The position numbers and the translations under genes were made by a program. Positions 27,309-36,060 of a DNA stretch of 64,000 bases are shown in pieces. Source of the DNA: Parcubacteria group bacterium GW2011_GWC1_36_108 (GTDB taxonomy: Bacteria > Patescibacteriota > Minisyncoccia > Moranbacterales > GWC2-37-73); NCBI GenBank assembly GCA_000991245.1, contig LBRD01000001.1, positions 5,467 to 69,466 of the forward strand. Reading direction: 5' to 3'. The notes beneath the pieces are model-generated. The model searched no databases. It saw only the letters and a program-made list of their open reading frames with translations, and was not told where the DNA came from. Numbering within the stretch: position 1 is the stretch's first letter; each line of letters begins with the position of its first letter.

Positions 27309-28034
27309 ATGAAGAAAAAATCCGCTATTAGAATAGCGAGCATTTCAGACCTACTGTTAGAGGGTATCCAACCTGAGGTTATCATTACGGCGTTTGTCAG
27401 TGTTAACAAGGCAGCTTGGCCACCGCCATTTCCACAAGAAATCCTATGGACTGAATACGAGGTTAGCCAACACATCAAAAATTGCCCTCGACTTCAATTT
27501 TGCGCAATTTATGAAGGTAGAATCATTGGAACAGTCAGTACAATACACATATCAGAATCGGCAGTCTTAAATTGCAAGGGGTGGGAGAGCATAAGTGGTT
27601 TTGGCACACTAAAAACCCATACAAATGATGGTGATTGCATGTTTGGAATAGATCTTTCTGTAATACCAGAATTTCAAGGAAAAGGTGTTTCCGAAAAACT
27701 AATAACAACAGCATTACTAATGGGGGCCGTACTCGCCAACAAGAAGGGATGCTTTCTGGGTTCCAGAATGCCAAGCTATCACAAAAAATCACATATTCCA
27801 GTTGAGCAATATGTATTTGGGAAAAAACTGGAAGGAAAAACAATGGATCCGGAAATAAGATTATACCAGGGAGATGGTTTTAGGATTATTAAAATAATTC
27901 CTAATTATATTAAAGATCCAGACAGTTTAAATTACGGCGCACTAATGTTTTGGGAAAATCCATTCTACAAGTACACAAGATATTTACCAATACATTGGAT
28001 AAAGCCAATGCTTAAAAAAATTATTATGAGATAA
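27309..28034 (+). CDS. GNAT-fold acyltransferase-like protein. The gene is noticeably GC-richer than its surroundings.
   Basis: GIDLSVIPEFQGKGVSEKLITTALLMG (GNAT motif A-like). Strong RBS AAGGAGG 7 nt upstream of the ATG. Confidence 0.5.
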   Translation: MKKKSAIRIASISDLLLEGIQPEVIITAFVSVNKAAWPPPFPQEILWTEYEVSQHIKNCPRLQFCAIYEGRIIGTVSTIHISESAVLNCKGWESISGFGTLKTHTNDGDCMFGIDLSVIPEFQGKGVSEKLITTALLMGAVLANKKGCFLGSRMPSYHKKSHIPVEQYVFGKKLEGKTMDPEIRLYQGDGFRIIKIIPNYIKDPDSLNYGALMFWENPFYKYTRYLPIHWIKPMLKKIIMR

Positions 28035-28039
28035 TTAAT

Positions 28040-28075
28040 AAGGGGAAGACTAGAATCTAGTCTTCCCCTTCTTTT
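28040..28075 (+). terminator. Hairpin GGGGAAGACTAGAATCTAGTCTTCCCC followed by a T-run
   Basis: Perfect 11-bp stem followed by a T-run, immediately after the 27309-28034 CDS. Confidence 0.6.
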
Positions 28076-28561
28076 TTATCCCCACTTTAGAGATGTGAAT
28101 ATCAAAAATGTCATAAGAACTTCGAGACACACCTCAACTCTTGATGACCACCAGAAAAATGGATGAAGTTTCTTGCCTCCACAAATTATCAAGTATCCGG
28201 GACTTAGAAATGATATGCTCCTGTTAATAAAAAAACCTACCCACCCCAATACGCCAATAATCTTTATAGTGGTCATATCAAGATTTTTTACAATTTGAAA
28301 TACCTTTCCAAATTCCAAATCTGCCAAATGCTTACTTATATTAATACCCATTGCAGACAAAATCATTAAAGCTCCAATTGTGTAAAAAATTTCCGTAACA
28401 ACTACCAAGGTTAAATACGTCTTTACTGAAACTCCCATCTCTGCCTGCATCTTTTTGCCCTTCATGGCAGCATACACACTTATGCCAATTCCAGTAATCC
28501 ATGCAACGACGGTCGCAACATTAACAAGAATTTTCTGTATCTCTGTAAATTCCATTAGCAT
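28076..28561 (-). CDS. Hypothetical membrane protein
   Basis: 161 aa with four predicted TM segments. Confidence 0.4.
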   Translation of the reverse strand: MLMEFTEIQKILVNVATVVAWITGIGISVYAAMKGKKMQAEMGVSVKTYLTLVVVTEIFYTIGALMILSAMGINISKHLADLEFGKVFQIVKNLDMTTIKIIGVLGWVGFFINRSISFLSPGYLIICGGKKLHPFFWWSSRVEVCLEVLMTFLIFTSLKWG

Positions 28562-28588
28562 CTCCTTTTTAATGAACTTTTTTATTTT

Positions 28589-28993
28589 TTATATCAAATT
28601 GCAACTTGGATATTTGGTGCCTCTTTTTATAAAATTAACCTCTAATTCTTTTAAGCCAAATTGCTTTTTAAAATATTCTTTGATAAATTCCGTATTCATC
28701 CCATTTCTGCAGGTATATACATCTATGCTAATAAAGCATCTAAGCGGAAATGTGTGCATACTTATATGACTTTCCTCTATAACAACAACACCCGTCCATC
28801 CTCCAGGATCCTTTTCACTTCCACCTTTTGCAAAATAAACTACTGGCTCTGCCAATTTTTTCATTTCCAATAACTCGGGTAATTCACATAAGCATTTCAA
28901 AACTAAATCATTATCATTTAATTTTTCAGTGTTACCACCATATCCATCAATTGTTAAATGTTCGCCAAAATTACATGTTTTTTCTAAATTCAT
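28589..28993 (-). CDS. speH: S-adenosylmethionine decarboxylase proenzyme (pyruvoyl-dependent, class 1b)
   Basis: GVVVIEESHISMHTFP: ESHIS self-cleavage/pyruvoyl site typical of archaeal/bacterial AdoMetDC. Confidence 0.75.
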   Translation of the reverse strand: MNLEKTCNFGEHLTIDGYGGNTEKLNDNDLVLKCLCELPELLEMKKLAEPVVYFAKGGSEKDPGGWTGVVVIEESHISMHTFPLRCFISIDVYTCRNGMNTEFIKEYFKKQFGLKELEVNFIKRGTKYPSCNLI

Positions 28994-29149
28994 TTTTTTG
29001 TTGATTTATTTTTTAAATGCTTTTAAAATTATTCTAGCACACAATAATAAAAAATAAACCAAACATTTTTCAGGCAATTTTAAACTATATTTCACAAAAC
29101 ACCATTTGTCAAGCATTTATACCATTTTCATTTTAAATAAGGCATTCAA

Positions 29150-29185
29150 AAGCGAAAAAACGCTCCGACATCGCGGAGCGTTTTT
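29150..29185. terminator. Bidirectional intrinsic terminator AAAAAACGCTCCGacatCGCGGAGCGTTTTTG
   Basis: GC-rich hairpin with an A-run and a T-run on either side, 3' of glyS. Confidence 0.65.
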
Positions 29186-29198
29186 GTATGTGTAAAGT

Positions 29199-30572
29199 CT
29201 ATTTCAATTTCTCTCCAAAATACTTTCCAAGCTCATCAATCTTAATTCTCTCTTGCTGCATCGTATCGCGGTCGCGGACTGTAACAGTACCATCTTCAAG
29301 TGAATCAAAATCAACCGTCACACAATATGGCGTTCCAATTTCATCTTGCCTGCGATAACGCTTTCCAACATTTCCATTATCATCAAACTCACACATAAAA
29401 TCTTCACTTAGGTTTTGGAAAATTTCTTTAGCCTTTGCAACCAACTCTGGCTTATTTTTCATCAATGGAAAAACTGCAACTTTGATTGGAGCCACAGCTT
29501 TAGGGAATTTCATCACAATGCGTTCCCCGTCTTCAAGCTTCTCTTCGGTATAGCCTGCACAAATAGCTGTCAAAATTAATCTATCCAAACCAACTGTCGG
29601 TTCAAGCACGTGCGGAGTGTAGCGCTTATTCGTTGTTGCATCAAAATAATCAAGTTTCTGACCAGAAAATTTTGAATGCTGTGTCAAATCAAAATCTCCA
29701 CGATGAGCTAAACCAAAAAGCTCACCAAACCCGAATGGAAAATTATATTCTGTATCAATTGTCTTTTTAGAATAATGAGAAAGTTTTGCCTTTGGATGTT
29801 CATAGCGGCGTAAGTCTTCTTTTTTAGCGCCGATAGAAATTGCAAATTCTTCCTGCTCATCCAGCCATTTTTCAAATAACGGTTCCCATTTAGTTTCCGG
29901 CTCAATGAAATATTCAATTTCCATTTGTTCAAATTCTCTAATTCTGAAAATGAAATTTCTTGCCACGATTTCATTGCGAAATGCTTTTCCAATTTGTGCA
30001 ATTCCAAATGGAATTTTTACACGCATCGAATCAATCACATTTTTATAATCAGAAAAAATTGCTCCAGCAGTTTCAGGACGAAGATATATTGGACCATCAA
30101 CACTATTCATTTCGGTTTGAAACATCTGACTCATATTGCGAACTTCAGTCCAGTCAGACTTTCCACATTCGGGACATTTAAGTCCTGCCTGCAAAGTTTT
30201 TGTCATCTTTTCTAATTCTCCTTCCATATCCTCTCCAGTCAATTCCTTCACAATGTGATCAGCGCGAAATCTTTTATTGCAGTTTTTGCAATCAACAGAA
30301 GCATCGTTAAAGCCACTAATATGACCAGAGGCTTCCCATAATTTCGTGTTAAGCAAAATTGGTCCATCCATTCCAATAATATCTTCTCGTTTTTGGACGA
30401 ACTTCTTCCACCACATCTTTTTAATATTGTTTTTTAATTCCGTTCCATATGGACCATAGCTATATGAATTTGCCAATCCTCCATAAATTTCCGACGTTGG
30501 AAAAATAAATCCACGTCTTTTACAAAATGAAACAATGTCTTCCATCTTGGTAACCTTTTTTTCTTCAGCCAT
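29199..30572 (-). CDS. glyS: Glycyl-tRNA synthetase (dimeric alpha2 type)
   Basis: GGLANSYSYGPYGTELKNNIKK N-terminus and class II motifs; 457 aa. Confidence 0.9.
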   Translation of the reverse strand: MAEEKKVTKMEDIVSFCKRRGFIFPTSEIYGGLANSYSYGPYGTELKNNIKKMWWKKFVQKREDIIGMDGPILLNTKLWEASGHISGFNDASVDCKNCNKRFRADHIVKELTGEDMEGELEKMTKTLQAGLKCPECGKSDWTEVRNMSQMFQTEMNSVDGPIYLRPETAGAIFSDYKNVIDSMRVKIPFGIAQIGKAFRNEIVARNFIFRIREFEQMEIEYFIEPETKWEPLFEKWLDEQEEFAISIGAKKEDLRRYEHPKAKLSHYSKKTIDTEYNFPFGFGELFGLAHRGDFDLTQHSKFSGQKLDYFDATTNKRYTPHVLEPTVGLDRLILTAICAGYTEEKLEDGERIVMKFPKAVAPIKVAVFPLMKNKPELVAKAKEIFQNLSEDFMCEFDDNGNVGKRYRRQDEIGTPYCVTVDFDSLEDGTVTVRDRDTMQQERIKIDELGKYFGEKLK

Positions 30573-30699
30573 ATTTTTATTAGAGCGAGAATATTTTTTA
30601 TTTTTTCACTTAAAACAAGTCTCTTTGGCGTTATGTCAGAAGTTGCAATTGTTTTTCCCTGCCTACCGGCAGGCAGGTGTGACAAAAATAAAAATGTAT

Positions 30700-30960
30700 C
30701 CGAGCGATTAACTATAAAAATTAAATAAAATAAAAACTCGTCTCGAATATAATAAAATGAATTATTACATTCGGGACGAGTCATTAGACACGCGGTTCCA
30801 CCCGACTTCCCCAACATTGCGTCGGGACTACTCTTTTTATGCAAGTTCGATTTTCCCTTATCTTGGGCAAAAAGGAGCCACCCTCTTCTCAACCTCACAT
30901 AGCTCTATTATACTCCTATTGACAGAATTTGTCAATGATGCTATTATTGTTTTTTATGTT
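30700..30960 (-). promoter_or_regulatory. T-box riboswitch leader (glycine) upstream of glyS
   Basis: Sense strand carries AAGUCGGGUGGAACCGCG (T-box consensus AAUUAGGGUGGNACCGCG), an AGAGGGUGG GA/K-turn-like stem I, and the terminator ACUCGUCCCGAAUG...CAUUCGAGACGAGUUUUUAUUUU (30721-30780). Confidence 0.7.
30907..30935 (-). promoter_or_regulatory. Sigma70-like promoter TTGACA-17-TATAAT driving the glyS T-box leader
   Basis: On the minus strand: TTGACAaattctgtcaataggagTATAAT. Confidence 0.5.
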
Positions 30961-31075
30961 AATACCTTCAGTTGTTAGGTCATCAAGCGTATCTATACAT
31001 AAAAAACATTTAATTTTTTGTGTATACGATCTTGCTTGGAAAATTCTTTCCTAGTTTGTTTTGTTTAAAATATAC

Positions 31076-32296
31076 ATGCATAGCAGAAACTTCAAAGCGG
31101 GCAGTTCGCGCCCGACGCGCTCAAGAGCGCCATTCCAAGGCGGACAAAAAAATTCATTCAATAATCAAGGTGGTCGCAAAAAGCGTTTCACTGGAAATTA
31201 TATTGATATCAGCCGCTTTATTAACAAAGCAGCACCAGTCGTCGAAGCTGAGGCGTATGTCCCAGACACTATTTTTGCTGATTTCAAAATAGAAGAATCA
31301 ATCAAGAAAAACATTATCGCTCGTGGATATTTGCATCCAACTCCAATTCAAGATAAAACCATCCCCCACATTCTTGAGGGAAAAGATTTAATTGGTCTTG
31401 CTAATACTGGAACAGGAAAAACCGGAGCATTTTTGCTTCCGATGCTTGATAAGATTATCAAAAATCCTAGCGAGAAATTGTTAGTGGTTGTTCCAACTCG
31501 AGAATTAGCTATTCAAATTCAAGAAGAATTTCGCGCCTTTGCTGCCGGACTTCGCATTGGATCAGTGGTTGTTGTTGGTGGTGCTAACATTCGAACTCAA
31601 ATCGAATGTCTTCGCTCACGTTACAACGTTGTGATCGGAACACCGGGACGACTTAAGGATTTAATCCAACGCAAAAATCTTCATCTTAATACTTTTGCAA
31701 ACGTGGTTCTTGATGAAGCAGACCGTATGCTCGATATGGGATTTATGCCTGACGTGCGATATTTGCTTTCACTTGTTGCGCCAAAAAGACAAACTTTATT
31801 TTTCTCTGCAACGCTTGCTCCAGAAATTGAAAAACTTATTCAAGAATTTTTGGTTGACCCAATAAAGATTTCGATTAGAACTCGAGAAACTGCTGCCAAC
31901 ATCGATCAAGATGTTGTGCGCGTGAAACCAGGCGAAGATAAAATTGAAGTTTTGCAAGACCTACTTCGCAAAGCAAACTTTTCAAAAGTTTTGATTTTTT
32001 CTCGTACCAAACACGGAGCAGAAAAACTTTCCATCATTTTGAGTAAAAATGGATTTAAGGCTCAATCAATTCATGGAGATAAATCTCATGCCAAAAGACA
32101 AAAGGCTTTGAAACTTTTCAAGGAAAATTATGTTGAAATTTTGGTAGCAACCGACGTGGCTGCTCGCGGACTAGATATTCCAAATGTTTCTCACGTGATT
32201 AACTTTGATGTACCTGCAACATACGAAGATTATATCCACCGCATCGGACGAACAGGTCGCGCCGGCAAAACCGGAACAGCTTTGACTTTCGTTTAA
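31076..32296 (+). CDS. DEAD-box ATP-dependent RNA helicase with an Arg/Gly-rich N-terminal tail
   Basis: Q-motif/PTPIQ, GTGKTGAF (motif I), DEAD (VLDEADRM), SAT, HRIGRTGRAG. The ORF track starts at an alternative TTG at 31061. Confidence 0.85.
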   Translation: MHSRNFKAGSSRPTRSRAPFQGGQKNSFNNQGGRKKRFTGNYIDISRFINKAAPVVEAEAYVPDTIFADFKIEESIKKNIIARGYLHPTPIQDKTIPHILEGKDLIGLANTGTGKTGAFLLPMLDKIIKNPSEKLLVVVPTRELAIQIQEEFRAFAAGLRIGSVVVVGGANIRTQIECLRSRYNVVIGTPGRLKDLIQRKNLHLNTFANVVLDEADRMLDMGFMPDVRYLLSLVAPKRQTLFFSATLAPEIEKLIQEFLVDPIKISIRTRETAANIDQDVVRVKPGEDKIEVLQDLLRKANFSKVLIFSRTKHGAEKLSIILSKNGFKAQSIHGDKSHAKRQKALKLFKENYVEILVATDVAARGLDIPNVSHVINFDVPATYEDYIHRIGRTGRAGKTGTALTFV

Positions 32297-32385
32297 TAGA
32301 TTTCTTCAATATCTTTCTCCCCTCAGATGAGGGGAGATGCCTGAAAGGCAGAGGGGTTTGAATTGCGCCAAAAAAAGAAAATCCC

Positions 32386-32428
32386 CTTATTCCTGTTTCA
32401 AGAATAAGGGGATTTTTGATTGTAACTT
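32386..32428. terminator. Bidirectional terminator AAAATCCCCTTATTCctgtttcaaGAATAAGGGGATTTTT
   Basis: 12-bp stem flanked by an A-run and a T-run. Preceded by a second hairpin, CTCCCCTCAGATGAGGGGAG (32309-32328). Confidence 0.65.
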
Positions 32429-32436
32429 TTAAGCTT

Positions 32437-32607
32437 TTATTTTTCCAATGATTCCACTGCCACATACCTTCCCTGACAACAAGTGTTTTCTTGATGCATT
32501 GTCATACAATAAACACAACAATCACCAACAAAGGTAACACGCTTATAGCCACAACCATCACACACGCATAACACCTCTTCCTTCTTGTTTTTATCCAGCT
32601 CTTCCAT
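32437..32607 (-). CDS. Cys-rich small protein (about 56 aa, 10 Cys) downstream of ABC exporter copy 1
   Basis: MEELDKNKKEEVLCVCDGCGYKRVTFVGDCCVYCMTMHQENTCCQGRYVAVESLEK. Perfect SD GGAGGT 5 nt upstream of the second ATG. Acidic N-terminus with a Cys-dense core. Confidence 0.4.
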   Translation of the reverse strand: MEELDKNKKEEVLCVCDGCGYKRVTFVGDCCVYCMTMHQENTCCQGRYVAVESLEK

Positions 32608-32725
32608 TTCAACCTCCATTTCAACATTTTAGTATGCCAAAAAAATAGCGACGGTTTAAATATCATAAAAAAAACTAAATGCCACAATATAACATAATAT
32701 AGAAACTGTCAACATATATCGAAAA

Positions 32726-34495
32726 TTAATTTTCAATAATCCCATTACTTTGTATTTGCCACAAACTGTAATAAACACCTTTTTTAGCTAAGAGTTCTTG
32801 GTGATTTCCCTGTTCGGCTATTTTTCCTTTTTCCAAAACAACAATCTTGTCGAAGTCAACAATCGTCGAAAGTCTGTGAGCAATAACAATGGTGGTGATG
32901 TTCCCTTTGGAAAGTTTTTCGATTTCTTCTTGTATTATTTTTTCTGATTTCGTATCAAGTGAAGCAGTAGCCTCATCAAAAATCAAAATTTCAGGATTCT
33001 TGATTAGCATTCTCGCAATAGCAACTCGTTGCTTTTCCCCGCCTGACAACTTCACTCCGCGCTCGCCAACAACAGTTTCAAATCCACTAGGCAAGTCGTT
33101 AACAATAAAATCATAAATGTTTGCCATTTTAGCTGCCCGCTCAACATCCTCTTTTGTTGCGTCAGGTTTTCCATAAGCAATATTATTAAAAATTGTATCA
33201 TTAAACAAAGTTGTATCTTGAGCAACAATTCCAATATGGCTGCGCAAATTTTGCAACTTAAGATCTCTAATATCCACACCATTGATTGTAATTTTTCCAC
33301 TATCAACATCATACAATCTTAGTAATAATTTTGGCACAGTTGATTTTCCACTGCCGGAATACCCGACCAACGCAACCCTTTTCTTAAATGGCACGGTTAG
33401 TGAAACATTACTAAGCACCTCTCTTTCCTGGGCATAACTGAAATTTACATTTTCAAATTTTATTTCACCTGCCCAATCCTGCAGTTCCTTTGCATCCGTC
33501 TTATCTTGAATTGTATTTTTTTCTTTAAGCAATTTCAACATCTCATCAACATTGGCAAGTCCTTCTTTAATAGCTCTATAGGTAAAACCCAAAAATCCCA
33601 GTGGCACCGCAATATTAGCTAAATAGGTTGTAACCAAAACAAAATCACCAATTGTCGCATCTCCGTTTATAAAATGTTCCACAGCCAAAATCAAAATGGC
33701 TGCAAGACCAGCAGTAATAATAAAACCTTGTCCCATGTTCAAATTGGCTCCAGAGCGTATTGATTTTATGAACATCCCAGACCAATTTTCTAATTGTGAG
33801 TCATATTTTTGATATTCATATTTCTCATTGGTAAAGTATTTTACCGTGTCATAATTCAAAAGTGCGTCGATGGATTGTCCAGTTGCCTGATCATCCAATT
33901 TATTAGTTTCCAAAAGCAAAGCCTGTCTTTTTTCTGTAACATAAATTGTGAAAGCAACGTAGACAACTACAAAAAGTAAAAATGTCAGCACGAAAGATAA
34001 TGGAAAGAGAACGACAAAAACTACACCCACAAAAATTATTTGTATGATAGTTGGAACAACATTGAAAGACAAAAACATAAAAATTGTTTCCAATGCTGTT
34101 GTTCCTCGTGTGATTTTGCGAGTTACTCTTCCTGTTGAACGATCAGCATGAAAGGCTGATGGCAAATCCAAGAGGTGTTCAAAAACTTTAAGTGAAATTG
34201 AGCGACGAATATTGGCCTGAACTTTGGCAAAAGCATAATCCTTCATTCCATCCAACACATTGCCACCCCATTGCAAAGCAAAGAATGAGGCTAGTAAAAA
34301 TGCAATAGTCCCAATTGAAGCCGAAGTGCCATAAATCACTAACAAATCAATCAACTTTTTCATCACGTATGGTCCTGCCACCAACAAAACTTTGGAAGCA
34401 ACTACCAACAGAATACTGAAAAATATCCGACCGCTGAAAACTTTCAAATATGGCATCATATCCATAACATTGATTTTTTGATTGTTTTTTTCCAT
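32726..34495 (-). CDS. ABC transporter, fused permease/ATPase exporter type (copy 1)
   Basis: 6-TM N-terminal domain, Walker A GYSGSGKST, signature LSGGEKQR, Walker B ILIFDEATASLD, H-loop. About 90% identical to 40259-42028. Confidence 0.85.
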   Translation of the reverse strand: MEKNNQKINVMDMMPYLKVFSGRIFFSILLVVASKVLLVAGPYVMKKLIDLLVIYGTSASIGTIAFLLASFFALQWGGNVLDGMKDYAFAKVQANIRRSISLKVFEHLLDLPSAFHADRSTGRVTRKITRGTTALETIFMFLSFNVVPTIIQIIFVGVVFVVLFPLSFVLTFLLFVVVYVAFTIYVTEKRQALLLETNKLDDQATGQSIDALLNYDTVKYFTNEKYEYQKYDSQLENWSGMFIKSIRSGANLNMGQGFIITAGLAAILILAVEHFINGDATIGDFVLVTTYLANIAVPLGFLGFTYRAIKEGLANVDEMLKLLKEKNTIQDKTDAKELQDWAGEIKFENVNFSYAQEREVLSNVSLTVPFKKRVALVGYSGSGKSTVPKLLLRLYDVDSGKITINGVDIRDLKLQNLRSHIGIVAQDTTLFNDTIFNNIAYGKPDATKEDVERAAKMANIYDFIVNDLPSGFETVVGERGVKLSGGEKQRVAIARMLIKNPEILIFDEATASLDTKSEKIIQEEIEKLSKGNITTIVIAHRLSTIVDFDKIVVLEKGKIAEQGNHQELLAKKGVYYSLWQIQSNGIIEN

Positions 34496-34623
34496 AAATC
34501 ATTCCATTCCCTACTAATACAATCGACATGCCATTTTATCAACATCAGAAGCTACGCATTTCGAAACATTTCTTTTTTGGCCAATTGTTGGCGACAGCGA
34601 CTCTTGAGCTTTTGGATAGCTCG

Positions 34624-34677
34624 CCCCGTCAAATTGTTCACAGTAGTGAACACCAGCTTTGCTGGATTTGACGGGGT
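34624..34677 (-). promoter_or_regulatory. Leader inverted-repeat variant (CCCCGTCAAAT - two inner hairpins - ATTTGACGGGG), ~130 nt upstream of ABC exporter copy 1
   Basis: Outer arms as in the other copies with one A-to-G change. The flanks CTCGCCCC / GGGGCGAG are shared with the MFS copy. Confidence 0.45.
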
Positions 34678-34742
34678 AAATATTCATCCAAAAGCGTGCC
34701 AAATAAGAAATTGTTGAGAAAATGCGTAAGTCCTAAACATAA

Positions 34743-35048
34743 TCAAATCGCGCCCTCTTTTTTAAGAATTTTTTCCTTGTTTTTGGTTCCCTTATTATAA
34801 CCACCAATTTTTCCATCACTTCTGATCACCCGATGACAAGGAACAGCTGGGTCACAATTTTTATTTAACGCGCTGCCAACTGCGCGATACGCATTTGGAC
34901 TACCGACAAGATTGGCAACTTCCTTATAGGTCAAAGTTTTTCCCTTGGGTATTTTCTTCACTTGAGCAAAAACCTTATTGATAAACATCGAAGAAGTCCT
35001 ATACCCAGGCTTGCCAACTTTTCCGCCAGTTTTTGAATAATTTCTCAT
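34743..35048 (-). CDS. Methylated-DNA-protein-cysteine methyltransferase DNA-binding-domain protein (MGMT/Ogt C-terminal domain only)
   Basis: KTLTYKEVANLVG...PCHRVIRSDGKIGGY: PCHRV active-site motif; 101 aa. Confidence 0.7.
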   Translation of the reverse strand: MRNYSKTGGKVGKPGYRTSSMFINKVFAQVKKIPKGKTLTYKEVANLVGSPNAYRAVGSALNKNCDPAVPCHRVIRSDGKIGGYNKGTKNKEKILKKEGAI

Positions 35049-35222
35049 TTTTTATGATCAAAATTTTCAGCAACGTTTTTTGCTGAAATTATCGAAACTT
35101 CCGCTTCATTTCCAATTCCCCGAAAAACAAGCCAATTTTTTTCATATATTTTTCAAGTTTGATTATACCAGTAAAAAACAAAGATGAGCACCTCCTATGC
35201 CGAATTCAAAAGAAATGCTAAA

Positions 35223-35960
35223 TTATTTTATCATATTCCAATTATTCAAATAATAATCCATTTTGTTATCCTTATTTCCAAGATAAACAATGTTATCACG
35301 GAATTTTATATTTACCCTATATCTTTTACCGTGTCCGACTTCCAAAATAGCCTTCTCGTGAACCTTTTTTTCCATTTCATGATAAGGCAGTATTAAAAAA
35401 TCATTCTTATTTTCTCCGTGAAGCACAAAAATATAAAAAATATTTCCTGAATCATGTCTCTCAAAAGACACTTTTCTTACATCAAACACATAGGTATCAA
35501 ACTTGTTTAGGTTTGATGTTTTTACTTGTATACTAAAAAGTCTGTTATCCTTTGTGGCTATTATATCCATTCCAACATCCACACTCATAATACTCGCATT
35601 GAATCCTCGAAAAAGGAGTTCGCTGCAAACCAAATGTTCGCCAGCTTTGCCAGTATAGCCACTTTCAATCTTTATTTTTTCATCTTCTGTTTCCTCATCT
35701 TCTTCTATTTTCTGCTCAAATTTATTTTCAGATCTTTCTGGATTTAAAACATATGTGCTAGGAGCTGTTTTTATAAAATCAGATTTTTTACCTTTATTCC
35801 TAATGTCTATGATGATTTGGGAGTTCATCGAAGAATCCGGAGTTGCTCCCTCTGTTTCCAGAATGCCTTTTTCCAATGCTAAGCGAGTTATGTCTTTGTA
35901 GTGCAATGGCTTGCCTTCTTGCTTGAGTATTTCAATGGCAGAAGTTTTAAATTTGTTCAT
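35223..35960 (-). CDS. HARE-HTH domain protein fused to an Mrr-cat-like (PD-(D/E)xK) restriction endonuclease domain
   Basis: N-terminus AIEILKQEGKPLHYKDITRLALEKG...TPDSSMNSQI (HARE-HTH-like). C-terminus GEHLVCSELLFRGF...GMDIIATKDNRLFSIQVKTS resembles the Mrr catalytic core (G.D.I...IQcK). Confidence 0.5.
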   Translation of the reverse strand: MNKFKTSAIEILKQEGKPLHYKDITRLALEKGILETEGATPDSSMNSQIIIDIRNKGKKSDFIKTAPSTYVLNPERSENKFEQKIEEDEETEDEKIKIESGYTGKAGEHLVCSELLFRGFNASIMSVDVGMDIIATKDNRLFSIQVKTSNLNKFDTYVFDVRKVSFERHDSGNIFYIFVLHGENKNDFLILPYHEMEKKVHEKAILEVGHGKRYRVNIKFRDNIVYLGNKDNKMDYYLNNWNMIK

Positions 35961-36060
35961 AGTATTAAAATTATTTTTTTGTTAAGTCGTATTTCAAACC
36001 CCTTTAATGGGGGGGTACTTATATATGCCATATAACCAGAAATGCTTCTAAAAACTTTGC

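Noticed and set aside
30647-30672. CCTGCCTACCGGCAGGCAGG hairpin as an independent ncRNA
   Set aside because: Too short on its own. It lies inside the glyS 5' UTR downstream of the T-box terminator and is reported only as part of a three-copy hairpin family.
32502-32687. Alternative 61-aa minus-strand ORF overlapping the Cys-rich ORF in another frame
   Set aside because: It has no SD and a hydrophobic low-complexity product. The Cys-rich frame has a perfect GGAGGT SD and was preferred, still at low confidence.
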